From: Sphagnum compactum
Taxonomy: Eukaryota
Assembly: GCA_965153455.1 (NCBI GenBank)
Contig: OZ234493.1
Span: forward strand, 19,706,213-19,770,212
Length of the DNA stretch: 64,000 bases
Direction: 5' to 3'
The notes beneath the pieces were generated by a model. That model did not search any database, was not told the origin of the DNA, and saw only the letters and a program-made list of their open reading frames with translations. Positions within the stretch are counted from its first letter, which is position 1. Every line of letters starts with the position of its first letter. This document shows positions 50,704 through 64,000 of the stretch, piece after piece. Both the position numbers and the translations under genes were made by a program.

Positions 50704-51393
50704 AACTTCTTATTTAAAAAAAAAATTCTAAACAAAACTTGTGGTTTCTTCCTGTTTTAGTTCATGGAAAAAAAATGATTTACAAGATAAGGCCCTTGAT
50801 CTAGCATGTAATCAAAATTCATGTACCAACAAAAATTATTGCCTTGGGTTGTACACTAATTTGATTTTAGTAACACTCTAAACCTTGGGCCTTACTTTGC
50901 ATTTGTAAGTAAGTAACAAGTGCAGCACTTATGTGGGAGAATCTCAAACAAGTGGCTCCTTGCATAATGGCTCCATCCCCTAATATCGTAGTACCTAAAC
51001 GATTTCGGCAACAAACTACCAAACAATTAATTAAATTTTAAATCTTAATTTCAGCACTTGATTTTTTTAATTTTGACATTTTTACTAGATAATGGGTATA
51101 TAAAATAATAAATGGATTTTTTCAAGGTTGTGGAACAATCTAGTGTGTCCAACCTGCCTCCGGAATCCGTTCATGTGTTACATTAAGCCCTTATGGCAAG
51201 TTCAAACTAATGATTTTGTGTGACAAATTTTTGGCATATTGCGACAAATTTTTTTTAAAAAGAATATTCTGTCAAAATTCCTGACTTTGGGAAGAAGTTG
51301 GGAAAGCCACAAAACCTCAGCACAACATATAATAATGTTTTTGGTCATGATCATTGCTATCATTAGCTCTGAAGATATGCATGGATATATTGT

Positions 51394-51609
51394 GGTGCAT
51401 TCACACTTGATGTTAAGTCAGTGTTAAATGAAAATCTAGGTGGCATCCTAGGTGGCATGCAATGTTAGATAGGTGATACCTTAATGTTAAATGAATGTTA
51501 GCTTAACATAAAATTTTCATGGTAACTAGGTTTAAGTCCTAAATGACTAACATGATGTTAGGAGACTTAACCTTAGAGTCTCTAGCTAACACCCAAGTGT
51601 GAACACACC
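51394..51609. mobile_element. MITE with ~23-bp imperfect TIRs (PIF/Harbinger-like)
   Basis: Left GGTGCATTCACACTTGATGTTA versus right TAACACCCAAGTGTGAACACACC. TSD not convincingly preserved. Confidence 0.6.
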
Positions 51610-54600
51610 TTTATTATGTTACCTGAGTTGCTCAGATTGTTGTGCAATAGCTACAATGATGGTCATTGATTGGGTTTGAGTGTAAATTGTAAGTTACATG
51701 AAGAATGAATTTCATGCAATTTTTTCTTTTGCTCAAGTTATGGTCTACCCTCTTTCCACCTGCTGATTCCAAAGAAAGCCCCTTGCAATACTCAATAAGG
51801 TATTCTACAAGCAACTCCCATTAAAGACAAGCACAGTGTTCATTCATTATATGGTATTCCACTAGTGCCTACTAGTGCCCAGCATTATTGGGCTGCCCTT
51901 CACTTAATTATGCAATCACTAGTAACCATCACATGGTGGATTTGTTTTTCAATAATTTTTTTAAAAATTTGGGAAAAAATTTGGGAAATTTGTGGATGAA
52001 TTGGTTTTTGTAGTGAGAATTTGTTGACTAATTTTGCTAAATTTTCAGGAAAATTTCAACAAATTTCTGATATCATAAAATCTGATAAAATTTCTGATAA
52101 CAAAATTGAAATATTCTTTTGTTGATTGTATGAGGTTTAATCCAAGGTTGGGCAGTTCTCTCTTTCTCAAAGAAAGAACTATGAGGTAAGGGTTGGGTAT
52201 ATGGATCCTTGAACAGTTGTTGTTCTCAAAAAAATCAAAGAACTCAAGTAGTGGCTCTCAATTATTATAGAACCAGTTTTGACTAGGGGTTTTCATTTTT
52301 TCAATTTTGTGGGTTTTTTGGAAGTTTGGTGAATTTTTCCAAATTTTCAACAATTATTTTCAGATTTAAAATTTGAAAATCAATTTCTTTTGTTGCCATA
52401 GTGCAAAAAAATTGCCCCAAAAAAAACACTGGTTTCAACCCATAACTGGGGTTCTAAAAAATCAAAGAACCTACCCTAAACTGCCAGTTCTTTGTCAGTT
52501 CTTCAATGACAACCTCCAACAATCAAAGAACTCAACCACTCAGCCACTCTCAAAAATATCATAGAACCAGTTTTGACCCATAACCATGGGTTTGAAAAAT
52601 CAAAGAATTGGGTGAAAGAACCTACCCTAAATTTGGTAGTTCTTCCATGAAAACTATTAGTTCTTTGAAAATTTTCAAAAACCAAAAACCAAAGGTTTTT
52701 TTTTCTAATTTTGAAATTTCTAAAAAAAAAAAAAAAAACCAAAACCAGAGGTTTTCTGATTCTAAAAATTTTCAATTTTTTGGGACTGGAAGTTCCATAA
52801 TTTCTAAAAAATTAAAAAATTGAAATGAGAGTTTATCAAAAAAAAAAACATTAACGAACCGCACGACACTAATCTAATTATCTAATCCTTTAAAACTTAT
52901 GGCACAAAAAAAGTTTGTCCTTGAAACCTGAAGAGCAAAAATCCTTCAATCTAAACACCATTTTTTAAAGAAGGTATCAAAATTTTGTTTGTGAAATTTC
53001 TTTGTGGATTTTTATAAAAACTAGCAAATCTGGTTCAAATCCTTCACATTGACAGAAGGGGTTTCACAGTAGGCTAAACCGTGCCACTTCAAGGCCTGCC
53101 ACAATATATTCTAAAGCCATCATCAGATCATGGTCTGAGTGTCTGATTTCATATCCTGGCAAATTTAAGTTTACACAAGAAAAACTGCAACAAGTTTTGT
53201 CCCTTTAGTGTGTGAGATTCTGGCTAGTTGTGTGCTGTTTCTGAACAATCTGTCTTCTTGCAGAAATTGCAATCATCCTTCCCCAAAATGCACATACAGA
53301 TACAACTTCTAGAATGGGCTGCAACTTTGATGGCATGTCGCTGAACAATGAAGTGGATCTGGATACATTTTTCCATTGGATTCCAGCTCTTGTGTTTTGG
53401 ATTCCTCAGTTGCTGTGTTTACACAATTTGCACGCATAACCTCCCATGGTATGAATGTCAAAGGGCACATAACATGCCCAGTAACATGTTACATACCCCG
53501 AATATATCCATAACATGTGCAAAACATGCATAACATGGACTCGATTGTGATGAGAAGATAAGGGGTGAAACCCTAATTTGATGGAACAATCTCATTAATC
53601 AATAAAAAATTGAATATAACAATGCTTGAAAATTTCCATAATGAAACTTTTAAAAAGTTTTGAATCTTTTTTCTTATGTTTATGTTGAAAAACTGCTACA
53701 TTTAATATTTGATTTAGGTGAACATACTTTTTGGTTCATTTTACCGTGCTTGGACTCAGACATGTTGGTTCTATTTATTCTTCAAGTTGCCGAAAAGGAT
53801 GGTAGTTTATGTTGTTCCACCAAGCAAAGAATCCAAGTCCAATTTGCATTTTTATTTTTTTTGTATACTATTAATTCTAAAGTTGTTTACAAACATAGTC
53901 ACTTGTTATTTCATTTTAAAAATTGTTTACAAGATTCAATCTTTGATAAGAACCATTGGAACGCTTATTTAGTAAAAACAAATATAACAAGTTGTGAAAA
54001 TTAAGAGCACTCCTTTTACATGCTTCAACATCTTCATTAATGTCAAGTTTCAACAAGTGAAGCTTGTTGGTGATGAACCAACTTTTTGTGCATCAAATGC
54101 CACACTTGTAAAAAGCATCAAAAACTCCAATATGATGTTCTATTGAAAACGGGAAAAAAATGTTAAGATAAATATGTTTTATTATGATGATGTGTTCAAT
54201 GAAAAAAAAAATTGTATGATAAAGTTAAGGACTTCTTTTGATTTCTTCTTGAATAATTTGTTGTCTACAATTTTGTTTGTGTTTTTGTTTCAATCTATGA
54301 GAGATGGCCTTTCAGTTATGCTTTGTAGTTTTTAGAGACCTCAAAGATGGTCATGAATTTGAATTAATTTTTTTGTAATGAAATTCATATTTTATTTTAT
54401 TTGTTTGATAAAGATATGTTTTGTAAAGAGGTTTTTTTAAAGGTAAACAAATTTAAGGGAAGGGAAAAGATGATGTTTTAAAAAATTGAACTTCCACAAG
54501 TTGGAAGGTAAACAAAACAATTTCGGCCCCAAAACTGACCAGAATTAACACTAGAGAAATTTATTATTATCAAGAGGGCTGACATTCATCTAGTCTTTCT

Positions 54601-56957
54601 CATCTACAACATAGTTTCTCTGCAATCCAAAAACTGATTAAAACATCCCCTCCATACAATACAGCTTCCAATGCAACTATAGGCGGAATGTAATGGGTGA
54701 AATGATGTGTATGCTAACACCCAAGGTTGAGGGCATTAAAAGAAGAAGGGCTTGTGCAAGGGGAGAGCCTGCTAAATTAGTAATGCCCCTTGATCAAGTG
54801 CCGTACCAAATGTGAAGAATCTGCTGAAATTTTTCTTTGTGTTTCAACCAAGGAGATCATCCAAGCAATTTTCTTGTCAAAAGTAAGGATAAATTAAAAG
54901 TGGAAGATCCTTGTAGAGAAAAGGGGAGTTATCTTCCAAATAAGAGAGTTGTCTGTAAAGTCCAACAATTAGGGGGCAAGAACGGCCAGTTTCGGCATAA
55001 TCGGCTGTCAAACACATCACTAGGAATGAAAATTTTACAAAACGAAATAACTGGGACCCAAACTACCATAGCCTAGGGTCAGTTTCCACATTGACAAAAC
55101 GAATAATTATTTTTTTTCAAAAAATAAATTCGTTTTTTAATTTTGAAATTATATATTTTTCCATTACCTACTATAATATTGTGATATGCACAGTGACATT
55201 ATTCAAAATGTGGCCTATGATAATTATAATGATTTTCAACATGTCAACATCATATTTTCACAAAATTTCATTTCACTATTTTGAGGATTATTTAATGACA
55301 AAATTGACCTTAGGTTAAGGTAGTTCTTTCACCAAAATTGAGTTTCATCCTGGTTTTCCTTTTTCCTGGACGCCTCCACTGCTGCTAGCCTACATATATT
55401 TTCACTGCTCCTACCTGTACACTTACTCCGAAACCATGTGCATTAAATGCTGAGTTTCAGCATTTCATACTGACATTTAATAAAATTTCCTTACTTTGTG
55501 GATACCACTGAAAGAGGGGATAGGAGGGTGAAAGCAGGCCCAAAGACAGGGTGAAGAGAGGGTGACTTTATGGATAACTCTAATGGAAGATACAAGATAC
55601 CTCTATGGGATAGAAGGATCTCTTCTTGAAAATGGAAGAAGGCACTGGCATCTCTTGGAGGTCAAGTTCCAGTTTAGAATATGCCATCCAAATACACTCT
55701 TTATGTTTCACAAAATGAATTTGCAGAGCTCATTGGAAGATGTCATGGTCTGATCTAATGATTGTCCAAGGACATGAATCAGGGGCATAAATTACATATC
55801 ATAAAAAATCATGAAACCCTGGCAAACTCCATTAAAAAATGTAATTTACACATGGGTCTTAAAACCAATAATCAAACCAGTTTTAGGGTTTTCTTAACAT
55901 TTGGATAATCAACCTCCTTTCACAATTGTTTTCTGTTGATTTGGAAAGGTGAAGGTGAGAGTAAAGTATTCAACTTCAGTCTGGTTTATATATTGCAAGT
56001 TTTGATCTGGTCACATGATCTCCAATTTCTTTCAGCACATAAATTGCCAATAAATCATCCACTTAACCCTAATGAAAAAACTATAGATTGAGAGTTTTTT
56101 TTTTGGGCTACTATACCATGTCCATAAAAGTGTGAAATACTTTGAGAAAATCCATGTTTTCTTTGGTAGGAGAAACAATTGGAACTACAACACCCTCTTG
56201 TTCTCTTCCCATTTCTATTTTGTAAGAGACAATAAACCCAAGGTTTTTCTGTATTCACGTGGGTTAAACTTGTCTATATTCTAACTTATAGTTCGAGGGT
56301 TAGCACACAATCTTGGGTCTAATGCAAATAAACTGAATAGAATTATCCAAAAGTCACACATTTTTAGTTCTAACTATTTGTTTTGAAATAGTGCTCAAAG
56401 TAACATTCACCTCCTTCACAATTGGAGAGTTCACAAAATAGTTGAAAGGGACATTTTTAATCACTTTTGGGTGCAAAATGAATTTGGTTCTTGTTCTTGC
56501 GGATCACATTGGAATCTAAATTCCATTAGAAGTGCACAAAACCATATGTACATAAAGGACACATTCACTTGCACATGGCTATTTACTTAGGGTTGTGAAC
56601 CTAAAAAGATTGTAGGAAAATTGCATCATGGGCCACCATTTAGCTTTAATATGGGTGGTTGTTTATTCACCAAGTGATTTTGATAGGATGTTGATTTTTC
56701 CAAGTGAGCTTACATTGTCTTTTAGGGTGTGCAAGAAGAATGTGGGCATTTTGCACTCTTCACGAGTTTGGACAAGGGCAAAATAGATGCTAAAACTAGT
56801 AAAAATTTTCTCCTCCAATTCCACAAAATGTGCAACAAGGAGGAGCGAGCTTGCTTGTGGAAAGACACTTTTGGAACCAGGATTCCCCATGATAGGTGTA
56901 CTTCCTAAAAGGACATCAATAAATTGGTTTGGTGGTGGCCTCAAAAAGATCATTGGA

Positions 56958-57043
56958 AGCTAAGGAGTACCAACTTTCCATTGAACCCTAAAATTGAGGC
57001 AAGCTAGGAGCACCAACTTTCAACTGAACCCTAAAATTGAGGC
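56958..57043. repeat. ~43-bp tandem duplication
   Basis: AAGCTA(A)GGAG(T/C)ACCAACTTTC..TGAACCCTAAAATTGAGGC occurs twice. Confidence 0.85.
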
Positions 57044-57232
57044 ACATAAAAAAGCTTTGTAATGTTGGTTGGAGTGAAAATATATCTTAACACAAAAAAA
57101 CACTAAAAGAACCAATGGTGGTTTCTTATGGGTTAGCCCCAATTCCAATCTGACCTACCTTTTGGCATCTTTGTGCTATGCCCATGTAGTCTCTAGTCTA
57201 GCCCACACCACCCAATACACAAGAGGCAAGCC

Positions 57233-57339
57233 CTTAGATACGGTGCTACTTTGATTTGTGAAGGCACCCTCGTAGCCCACAAAGCACTTAGATACGGTGC
57301 TACTTGATTTGTGAAGGTGCCCTCGTAGCCCACAAAGCA
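57233..57339. repeat. ~54-bp tandem duplication
   Basis: CTTAGATACGGTGCTACTT(T)GATTTGTGAAGG..CCCTCGTAGCCCACAAAGCA occurs twice. Confidence 0.9.
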
Positions 57340-58042
57340 TTTTATGCTGCTAGAGCTTTTGATCCATACTGAATCCTCACTTCCTCCCTAAATTTGGGAT
57401 AATTGAGGTCCAGTACTGGACCCCAGTTTGGTGTACTTTGTGGACAACTTTAACATCATGGAAACTTTCCTTACACTAACTGGTTATGAAACTCAGATGC
57501 ACATACTCCATGGCCTATTCACTCCATTTTCACCCCTTGTTTCACTCTTGTGGAAATTGGTCACACCCGAAAAAAAACCACTCCATGGATTTCTTACCCT
57601 AATACACAATTTGATCACAAAATGGTTCAAATGTGTACTTAAGTGATCAATTTGTCCTAAGGGAAAGGAGTGGTGTATTTTTTTCGACAATTCTTGTTGT
57701 GTTTTGACTAAAAAATGGAGGGGTTTTTTTCTCTTTTTTTTAAAAAAAAATCTCTGATTTTTCTATAACAATAAATTGAAAAAAAAACCCAGGAAAGGAG
57801 GACATAATTAAGTAAATTAATTAGGAATTAATTTACTTAACCTATCAAATTACCATCAACGGACCCAGTAGAATGTTAGGCTATACAATTTCTTAACAAC
57901 CTTAATTGGAACACACACTAAATGTAAAGTTAATCCTCCAAGAAACATCATTAACTAACCCCTATCATCTAAGCCAATTTGACTTGCACTAAACTTAAAT
58001 TAAGTACACTAATTGTAACTTAACCCCCAAAAAGCATCATCA

Positions 58043-58157
58043 ACTAAATCCCCCATTCATTCAACTGAAAGTTCATCCCACTGAACTCTAGTAAACTCTA
58101 CTAAATCCCTCATTCATTCAACTGAAAGTTCATCCCACTGAACTCTAGTAAACTCTG
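58043..58157. repeat. ~57-bp tandem duplication
   Basis: ACTAAATCCC..CATTCATTCAACTGAAAGTTCATCCCACTGAACTCTAGTAAACTCT occurs twice. Confidence 0.9.
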
Positions 58158-60031
58158 AACCCACAAAAAAATAAAAATAAAAATGGACACGATTAATTTA
58201 GCATAATTACAAATTTAGATCTTGGAGTTGCAAAAAATCAAAGATATAATTGTATTCACCTAAATTTGCTAATTGTAAACTTAATCTAATATCAACTGAA
58301 ATTAAGATTACAAGTTAATATTAGTTGAAAGAAAGCACAAGAGTTATTTACTTCTTTTTTTTCTGAAAAATTTTGTTTTGTTTTTTCCACCCAAAAAATG
58401 GAAAAATTCTGGAAATTTGTGTATTTCTAGCAGGGTGGTTTTTCTTAAATTTATTTATTTATTAATTTTTATTTTGTCAATTAGGTGGACTGGCAATCAT
58501 CCAAAAGAGGAATGAGCCACAATTGGCTTGAGGTCCGACAGTAAAGTGGAGTTTTAAAGATTTCTGCCTAATTCTGGCGACCAGTAGGAGCTCATTGTCT
58601 AAAATACGGCGACATGTGACCTTTTTTTTCCTCAAAATATGGCGACTTATGCAGTTTTTTTTCCTCCCAAAAAAGGCCCTTGTACAATTAGCAGTGGGGT
58701 TTTTTCCTGTTGCCACAGTGCCAAAATTCGTCGCCAAAAAAAAAACACTGATAGGTATCCTGATCAGAATAGGCGATTTTATTTTATTTTATTTTATGTT
58801 TTCAATTTTGTGATACAGAAAATTTGACGAATGATTCCAGGAAAATAGCGAAATTACTGGAAATTAACGAATAAAACTAGAAAAAAACACATTTCCCCCA
58901 TAGTTTTGTCCAAAAAAAAAAAAACGACAAAATTTGTGGGGAAAAAACGACAAAAATATTATTATGGCAATATTAGGGCGCTGCCGACTCAAAATCATTT
59001 GTTTTTGCTTTTTCTATGTTATTGTTTTTGTTTTTATTTGGGAATACCCGATGCAGCAGCGTTGCGTGTTGCAGCGGCGATGGCCAAAGCTTCCTTGATC
59101 GATCTATTGATTGCACAAGCCTTATCTTCTTCTTCTTCTTCTTCAGCTGGTGTTGCTGATTCGTTTCTCCTTCATCATCATCTTCGTCTTCTTCTGTTTG
59201 TGTGTATTGGAATTTGGGTTTATTGTTGTTGTTGAATTTAGAGGATAGTTTCTTTTGTAATTTTCGCAAAGAGATTTTTTAAGTATCAAATATCTTTGCA
59301 AGAGACCTGGGGGGTGGTGGATGGGGAGTCATTCTCAGTGTTAATCTTGGGCTTTGGGATATTTCTTTCTTTCTTTGATTGAGTTCAATGATATTTCAGT
59401 TGCTGTTGAATTCCATTTGTTGTTTTCTGGATTTTGATGAATGCGGATTTCTTGAATCCGAATGATTGATTAATTGATTGCTTCTGTTTTGGCTGGTATT
59501 TTTGCTGAAGATTTTTTAGTGCTTTTCTTTTGTTTTTTTGTTTTTGGGGTTCGCGAATCTGTTTTGTTTTGGGTTCGGATTGTTTCGATGTCTGTCGTGA
59601 GCTTGTTGCTTGCGAGGAGATCGGGATTGTCTGAACAAGTGTTGTGGTTGTTGTTGCTGTTTTGATTGGGTCGTGGGTTTTTGGTTAACTTGTTTTTGGG
59701 GGAAGGTGGTAGTCACGCCGGGGTTTCCTTTCTTTATACTTGTGAGGAGAAAGAGCAGCAATGTCGGGACTGCAAAATCTCTCGACTCTCGACTGTTGTC
59801 GCGCTGCTTCTTCGTAGCTGCACACAAGAAGCTGCAAGCTCTCACTGATGTGGTCGGCGATGAATGGGAGTCAAGCACAGTAAGAGACAGGTGTGCTCTG
59901 TTGGGCGGCCGACACCATTTTCTTGTCAGAGAGACAGAGAGACAGAGGGTTTCTTTGTGAGCTCCTCGAGTTTTTTTTTTCCCCGTAGCTGCGTGCTGGG
60001 GGGGGGGGGAAGCTGAGCTGCAGCAGCAAGA

Positions 60032-63000
60032 GTGTGTGTGGAATTGAATAAGAGTAGAGCACCAAGGGGCAGCTGCTCGCTCTTTGTAGCTCCTTGTGCA
60101 AGTGTAGGGTACTTTGTCAGAGATGCGAAAGTGTACAACACTAGTTTAAGCTCTCTCTCTCTCTCTCTCTCTCTTGAACTGGTGTTGTTTGATGCCTCTC
60201 CTCTCACACCCCATCTGTGCAGGCAATAGGTGGTGGTGGTTGTTGTTCTTCCCCTGCAGCAAAGGGTAGGTCGCTTCCAATCCCAGCTTTCGCAACAAGG
60301 CGTGATGGAGCTGCAGCTGCTGTTGTTGATGGTAGCCTACTATTCAGACAAAGTATCTCGCATGATGAACTCAGTTGGAAGAACAACATCAGGGACTGAT
60401 CGCAGCTTTTGAGAGGAACAGGCCGCTGGACAGCAGCAGCAGCAGCAGCATTGATGAAGAGGAGGAGGAGGAGACTACTGTGAAGCTTTTGGGTTTTTCC
60501 TGTTCAGGGAAGAAATATGACATTGTTCACAACCGTAGCAGCAGCTCCTTCCATGGTGAGGGAAACAATGGAGAGGTTTTTTTCCAGGAGGAGGCACAGA
60601 AGAATGAGAATTACACATATGAAGAATGTGGTGGTAGTAGAGATGTCCATGCTGTAGGCGTCCTGTCCACAGAGCCAGCTGCAGTTGTCACAGTTGCTGA
60701 GTTAGCTCTAAGCACATCTCATCAGGAGCAACAACAAGATTAGAGTAATGATGGGATACATGGTCAGTGTGATGTGCACCACCACCCATCTGCTGGATCC
60801 ACAGAGAAGCTCTTCGATTCTACTGTTGAGGATGTTGTGGAGAATGGACTGATTTCAGACTTGGAAACACTGCGAAATTCAATCTCAAAGATCTCTTTGC
60901 TTGAAGAAAGAGCTGTTTGCTGCAGAGATTATCAGTAAGGTTGGCAAAGAATATCTGCCTGAGGTGGCCTGCAGCAGCTCAGGAACCCACTACTGATCTC
61001 AGGCTCAGAAGTCATTGAAAAGATCGAGACAGCAAAAGCAACTTAGGCAGAAACTTGTTGTTGCCAATCCAGAGCTCAAATCAACTGCATCCTCCTCCAC
61101 CTCATTTTGTTGTGTTCTAGAATCAACAGAGAACAACAACATGGGATCAAAAGGAAAAATGTCCTTATCCTTCAATTCTGGCAAACGTTCCAAAGATTTG
61201 CAAAGAAGTACTTTCAGTGACGGCAGTGAGGTTGGGTGGGGCTCTTTTTCCGGAAAGAGGATGAAGGATGGATTGGCAGCAGGAGAGGAGCAATCTCCAG
61301 GGCTTTCTGATCTCCATCCTGATGCGTTTGCTTGGGGTTTGATGGGACAGTCTGATCCCTTTCTGGGATTGGATGCAGCTGGCTTTTTCAGTCAACATTC
61401 GGAGCTTGAAGACCGAATGAAAGGACAAAGAACAAGAACTCCAAGAAAATCGGCAAGAGGGAGAGCCACTGCTCGAAAAACAAGGGGTCTAAGGGCTTCA
61501 CCAAAGCCCGTCTCTTCACTACAGAGCTGCCTTCAAGCACAGCTCCAAGTTGATGAGCGTGACAGAGAACGCAGTAGGCGTGTCTCCCGTCCTCTGAACT
61601 TTTCAGCTCTACCAGGTACAAGAGTTGAGTATGGAAATGTCAACCAGACCAATGATACCACGGCAAATTTCTCCTCTCTGGATACCCAGCGGAGCAATGA
61701 AGGCCTTGTGAAGAGGTATAAGGGCACTTTGACAGGCACAGAGTCTGGAGAGACCTTCAATCTAGCTGGTTTGATACCCCTTCCGTGGCAGCAGAAGGAT
61801 TCAAGTGGAGATCCTAATGCCACACATGTTTCAGAGAGCAAGGATGGCAAGACCAATGTCAGCAAGAGAACAGAACCAAGCATTGTTGCAGATGGTGGCC
61901 ACTGCATACCTCTTGCTGTTCAGGAGTGGTGGAAGAAAGTTCTGTTGCCACTTATGGTCAAGGAAGGGAAGATTTCTGGTGTACACCAGGTCCTGTCAAG
62001 AGCTTCTGGCCAAGGTGCCAAAAGTGGGCATCATGCAGAAGGTACTGCCAGAGGTACCTAAAGAACATGGCTTGTCTTTCTTTGTTGGCAATGTGTATCT
62101 CTCTGGTAGTCATGTCAACACTCAATAGGAACAACTGTTGATGTCTGAATCAAGTTTTTGGTGCACATGCTGGTGCACTGGGGGTGTGTGTATGCATGCA
62201 CATATGTGCATGCATTGTTGTTCTGCTGAATATTAATTTCTGTTCACTCTATGTTGTATTTTTGCTGTTCAGCAGATCTGGCAATGTCTCCACTGGAAGG
62301 GCTGTTGTTCAGTTTTGGAGTGGATGTTGGGGTCATGTCTGTGACCGACAAAAACAGAGTTGAGGTTGAGAGATTGAGCCAGCTGCTGAAGGAGGCACAG
62401 TGTCAAGTGGAGGATTTGAAAAAAGAGCTTGGAAGAAGGGGAGGTTGTATGCCTGAGGAGAATGAAAGGGCTAAGAAGGTCCAGGCTCCAGTGTTGGTAA
62501 GTAGACTAGAGCTCTACAAGTCACATTATGAATGTCTTTCTGGGAAGTCAGGGAAGATGGTTGCCTGGAAAAGGACAACCCATAAGATGCTTGCATGGGT
62601 ATTGAGCTTCTTGGAAGAGTACTGAAAGTAACTTGATTAGCTGAGTTGAAATGGATCTGATGAAGGTTTTGGGCTTTGTTGGTGAAACTTCCCCTTTATC
62701 CAGGCAGTCGATGATGTGACGGACAGACCTCCAGTTGGCGAAGAAGCTGGAAGGACACAACCAACAACACTGGCAGTCACTGGCCAAGTTGATGGAAGGA
62801 ACTCTGCACATAGAGGAGATGCTCATGATGAAATGCTCAGTGAAGACCATGAGTCCATTAGGAGTGTTGTCACTATGACTAGCTCATTGTTGCAAGGGGA
62901 CCAGATGGCTGAACTTGAAGCTGAACTTGAGGCTGAACTGGATCAGTTGACAGGTGGTGACTCAGTAGTCCTCCAGCAGCAGATCTCTGTCTTTGATGAG

Positions 63001-64000
63001 GTAATATATACGTTCCTTGTACATGTAGCCCTTTTGGTTTTCCTGGCTCATTTTCATCTTTCTTTTATATTCACCTAACAGGATGTGGTTGCAGCTGCTG
63101 TCCTCTGCAAGTTTTTGGCTTTTGAGAAGTTTGTCAAGAGAGTACCTAGTGCACTATCTGACATGACAGGCAATTGGTGCAATCAGTTGCCTTTGGATGG
63201 TGTTCACATCCTGCACGGGGACCTTGCTTTTGACTGGCTTACATGTGCAGACAGAGGAGGAAATTGATGATGATGATTATTCAGCCCCTGCAGAACGAGT
63301 CCATATGAACAATTATGCCGTATCTCCACGGGAGCTCACACGGTTGCTTCTTAAGCTTCAGGTGAAACACAATAGTTCTGAATACCTCAGCCACTGACAT
63401 TGTTGGGGTCTCTAAACACTGGGCTTTCAGATAGGTTTTTGGAGTATTGCATTTATTGTGACAGGTGTATGTCTGTCTTATTAACTAACTAAACAGAGAA
63501 CACCAGACATCCCGAATTTTTTTCAACTAAACTGGCATAAATATGGGGGTATTAGAATGTTGACCCCCCAAAAAAATCTGTGACAGGCAACCCGACAAGA
63601 AGAGCTCATCACAGAGCTGGAGGAGGAGCTAGAAACAGCACAGACTCAGTTAAAAGACAAAGAGAAGGAGTTGGAGATGTGGAAAGATTGCGTGCGACGA
63701 CTTACTGAAGTCTCTCTTGTGCCTGCTTTCGCAGGTATTCAGCTTGTCCTCTTTGCAGGCCCCCAGGTTATCCTGATTGACCTTTGGAGCAAGGTTTTGG
63801 GGCCATTGGGTTGTTTTAGTTACTTAACTAGGCTTTTGCATTTTGTAGGTGATGAAACCTTGGCCGCACGAACTCCCACTGGTGCAACACCCATAACTCG
63901 CAGTGACAGAGATGTTGAGGTGACGGCAGCTGTGAGGAGCAGCCTGGTCTCTGAGGACCAAGAAAGCTACCACTTTTCTCTACCGAATTCAGGCAAATCA
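60032..64000 (+). pseudogene. POLAR-like: POLAR-like coiled-coil protein locus, 5' part disrupted; open 3' model ATG 61141-62053, 62276-62496, 62704-63000, 63251-63361, 63587-63734, 63849->64000 (runs off window)
   Basis: Family-like motifs LLFSFGVDVGVMS..NRVEVERLSQLLKEAQCQVEDLKKEL, MAELEAELEAELDQL and NYAVSPRELTRLL..RQEELITELEEELE..EKELEMWKD. Junctions are GT-AG and in phase. Lesions: frame break at ~60370, TAG 60741, frame break at ~60920, TGA 60994 and a probable extra T at ~63230. Confidence 0.65.

Noticed and set aside
52140..54200. AAAGAAC-rich repeat and possible transposase fragments
   Set aside because: No TIR/TSD pair or catalytic motif that I could verify.

Overview
Eukaryotic plant nuclear DNA: AT-rich, with GT-AG introns, microsatellites and TE relics. 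The repeat families and gene content suggest a moss, most likely Sphagnum; this is an inference from recalled repeat families. The supplied ORF track uses bacterial starts and ignores splicing, so I rebuilt gene models by hand. Four apparently intact genes: a divergent, intronless AP2/ERF-domain protein (+, 8621-10378); a 3-exon cis-prenyltransferase with a probable transit peptide (+, 13067-14894); a pectin methylesterase with an intron-free CDS and no PMEI domain (+, 24845-26233); and a 10-exon peroxisomal delta3,delta2-enoyl-CoA isomerase ending in SKL (-, 39770-36237). A POLAR-like locus with several lesions runs off the right edge (+, ~60030-64000). A cryptic, phase-consistent multi-exon gene or remnant of unknown family lies on the minus strand at ~27000-29700. 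Mobile DNA: a non-autonomous CACTA element with an AAC target-site duplication (48010-50703), a decayed CRE-like non-LTR retrotransposon split by a solo LTR, and several MITEs. Other notable structures: a 9 x 95-bp tandem array in which every unit carries a 16-codon micro-ORF behind a TATA-like motif, different minisatellites in three promoters, and a 62-bp near-perfect palindrome. I found no CRISPR array, rRNA or tRNA.
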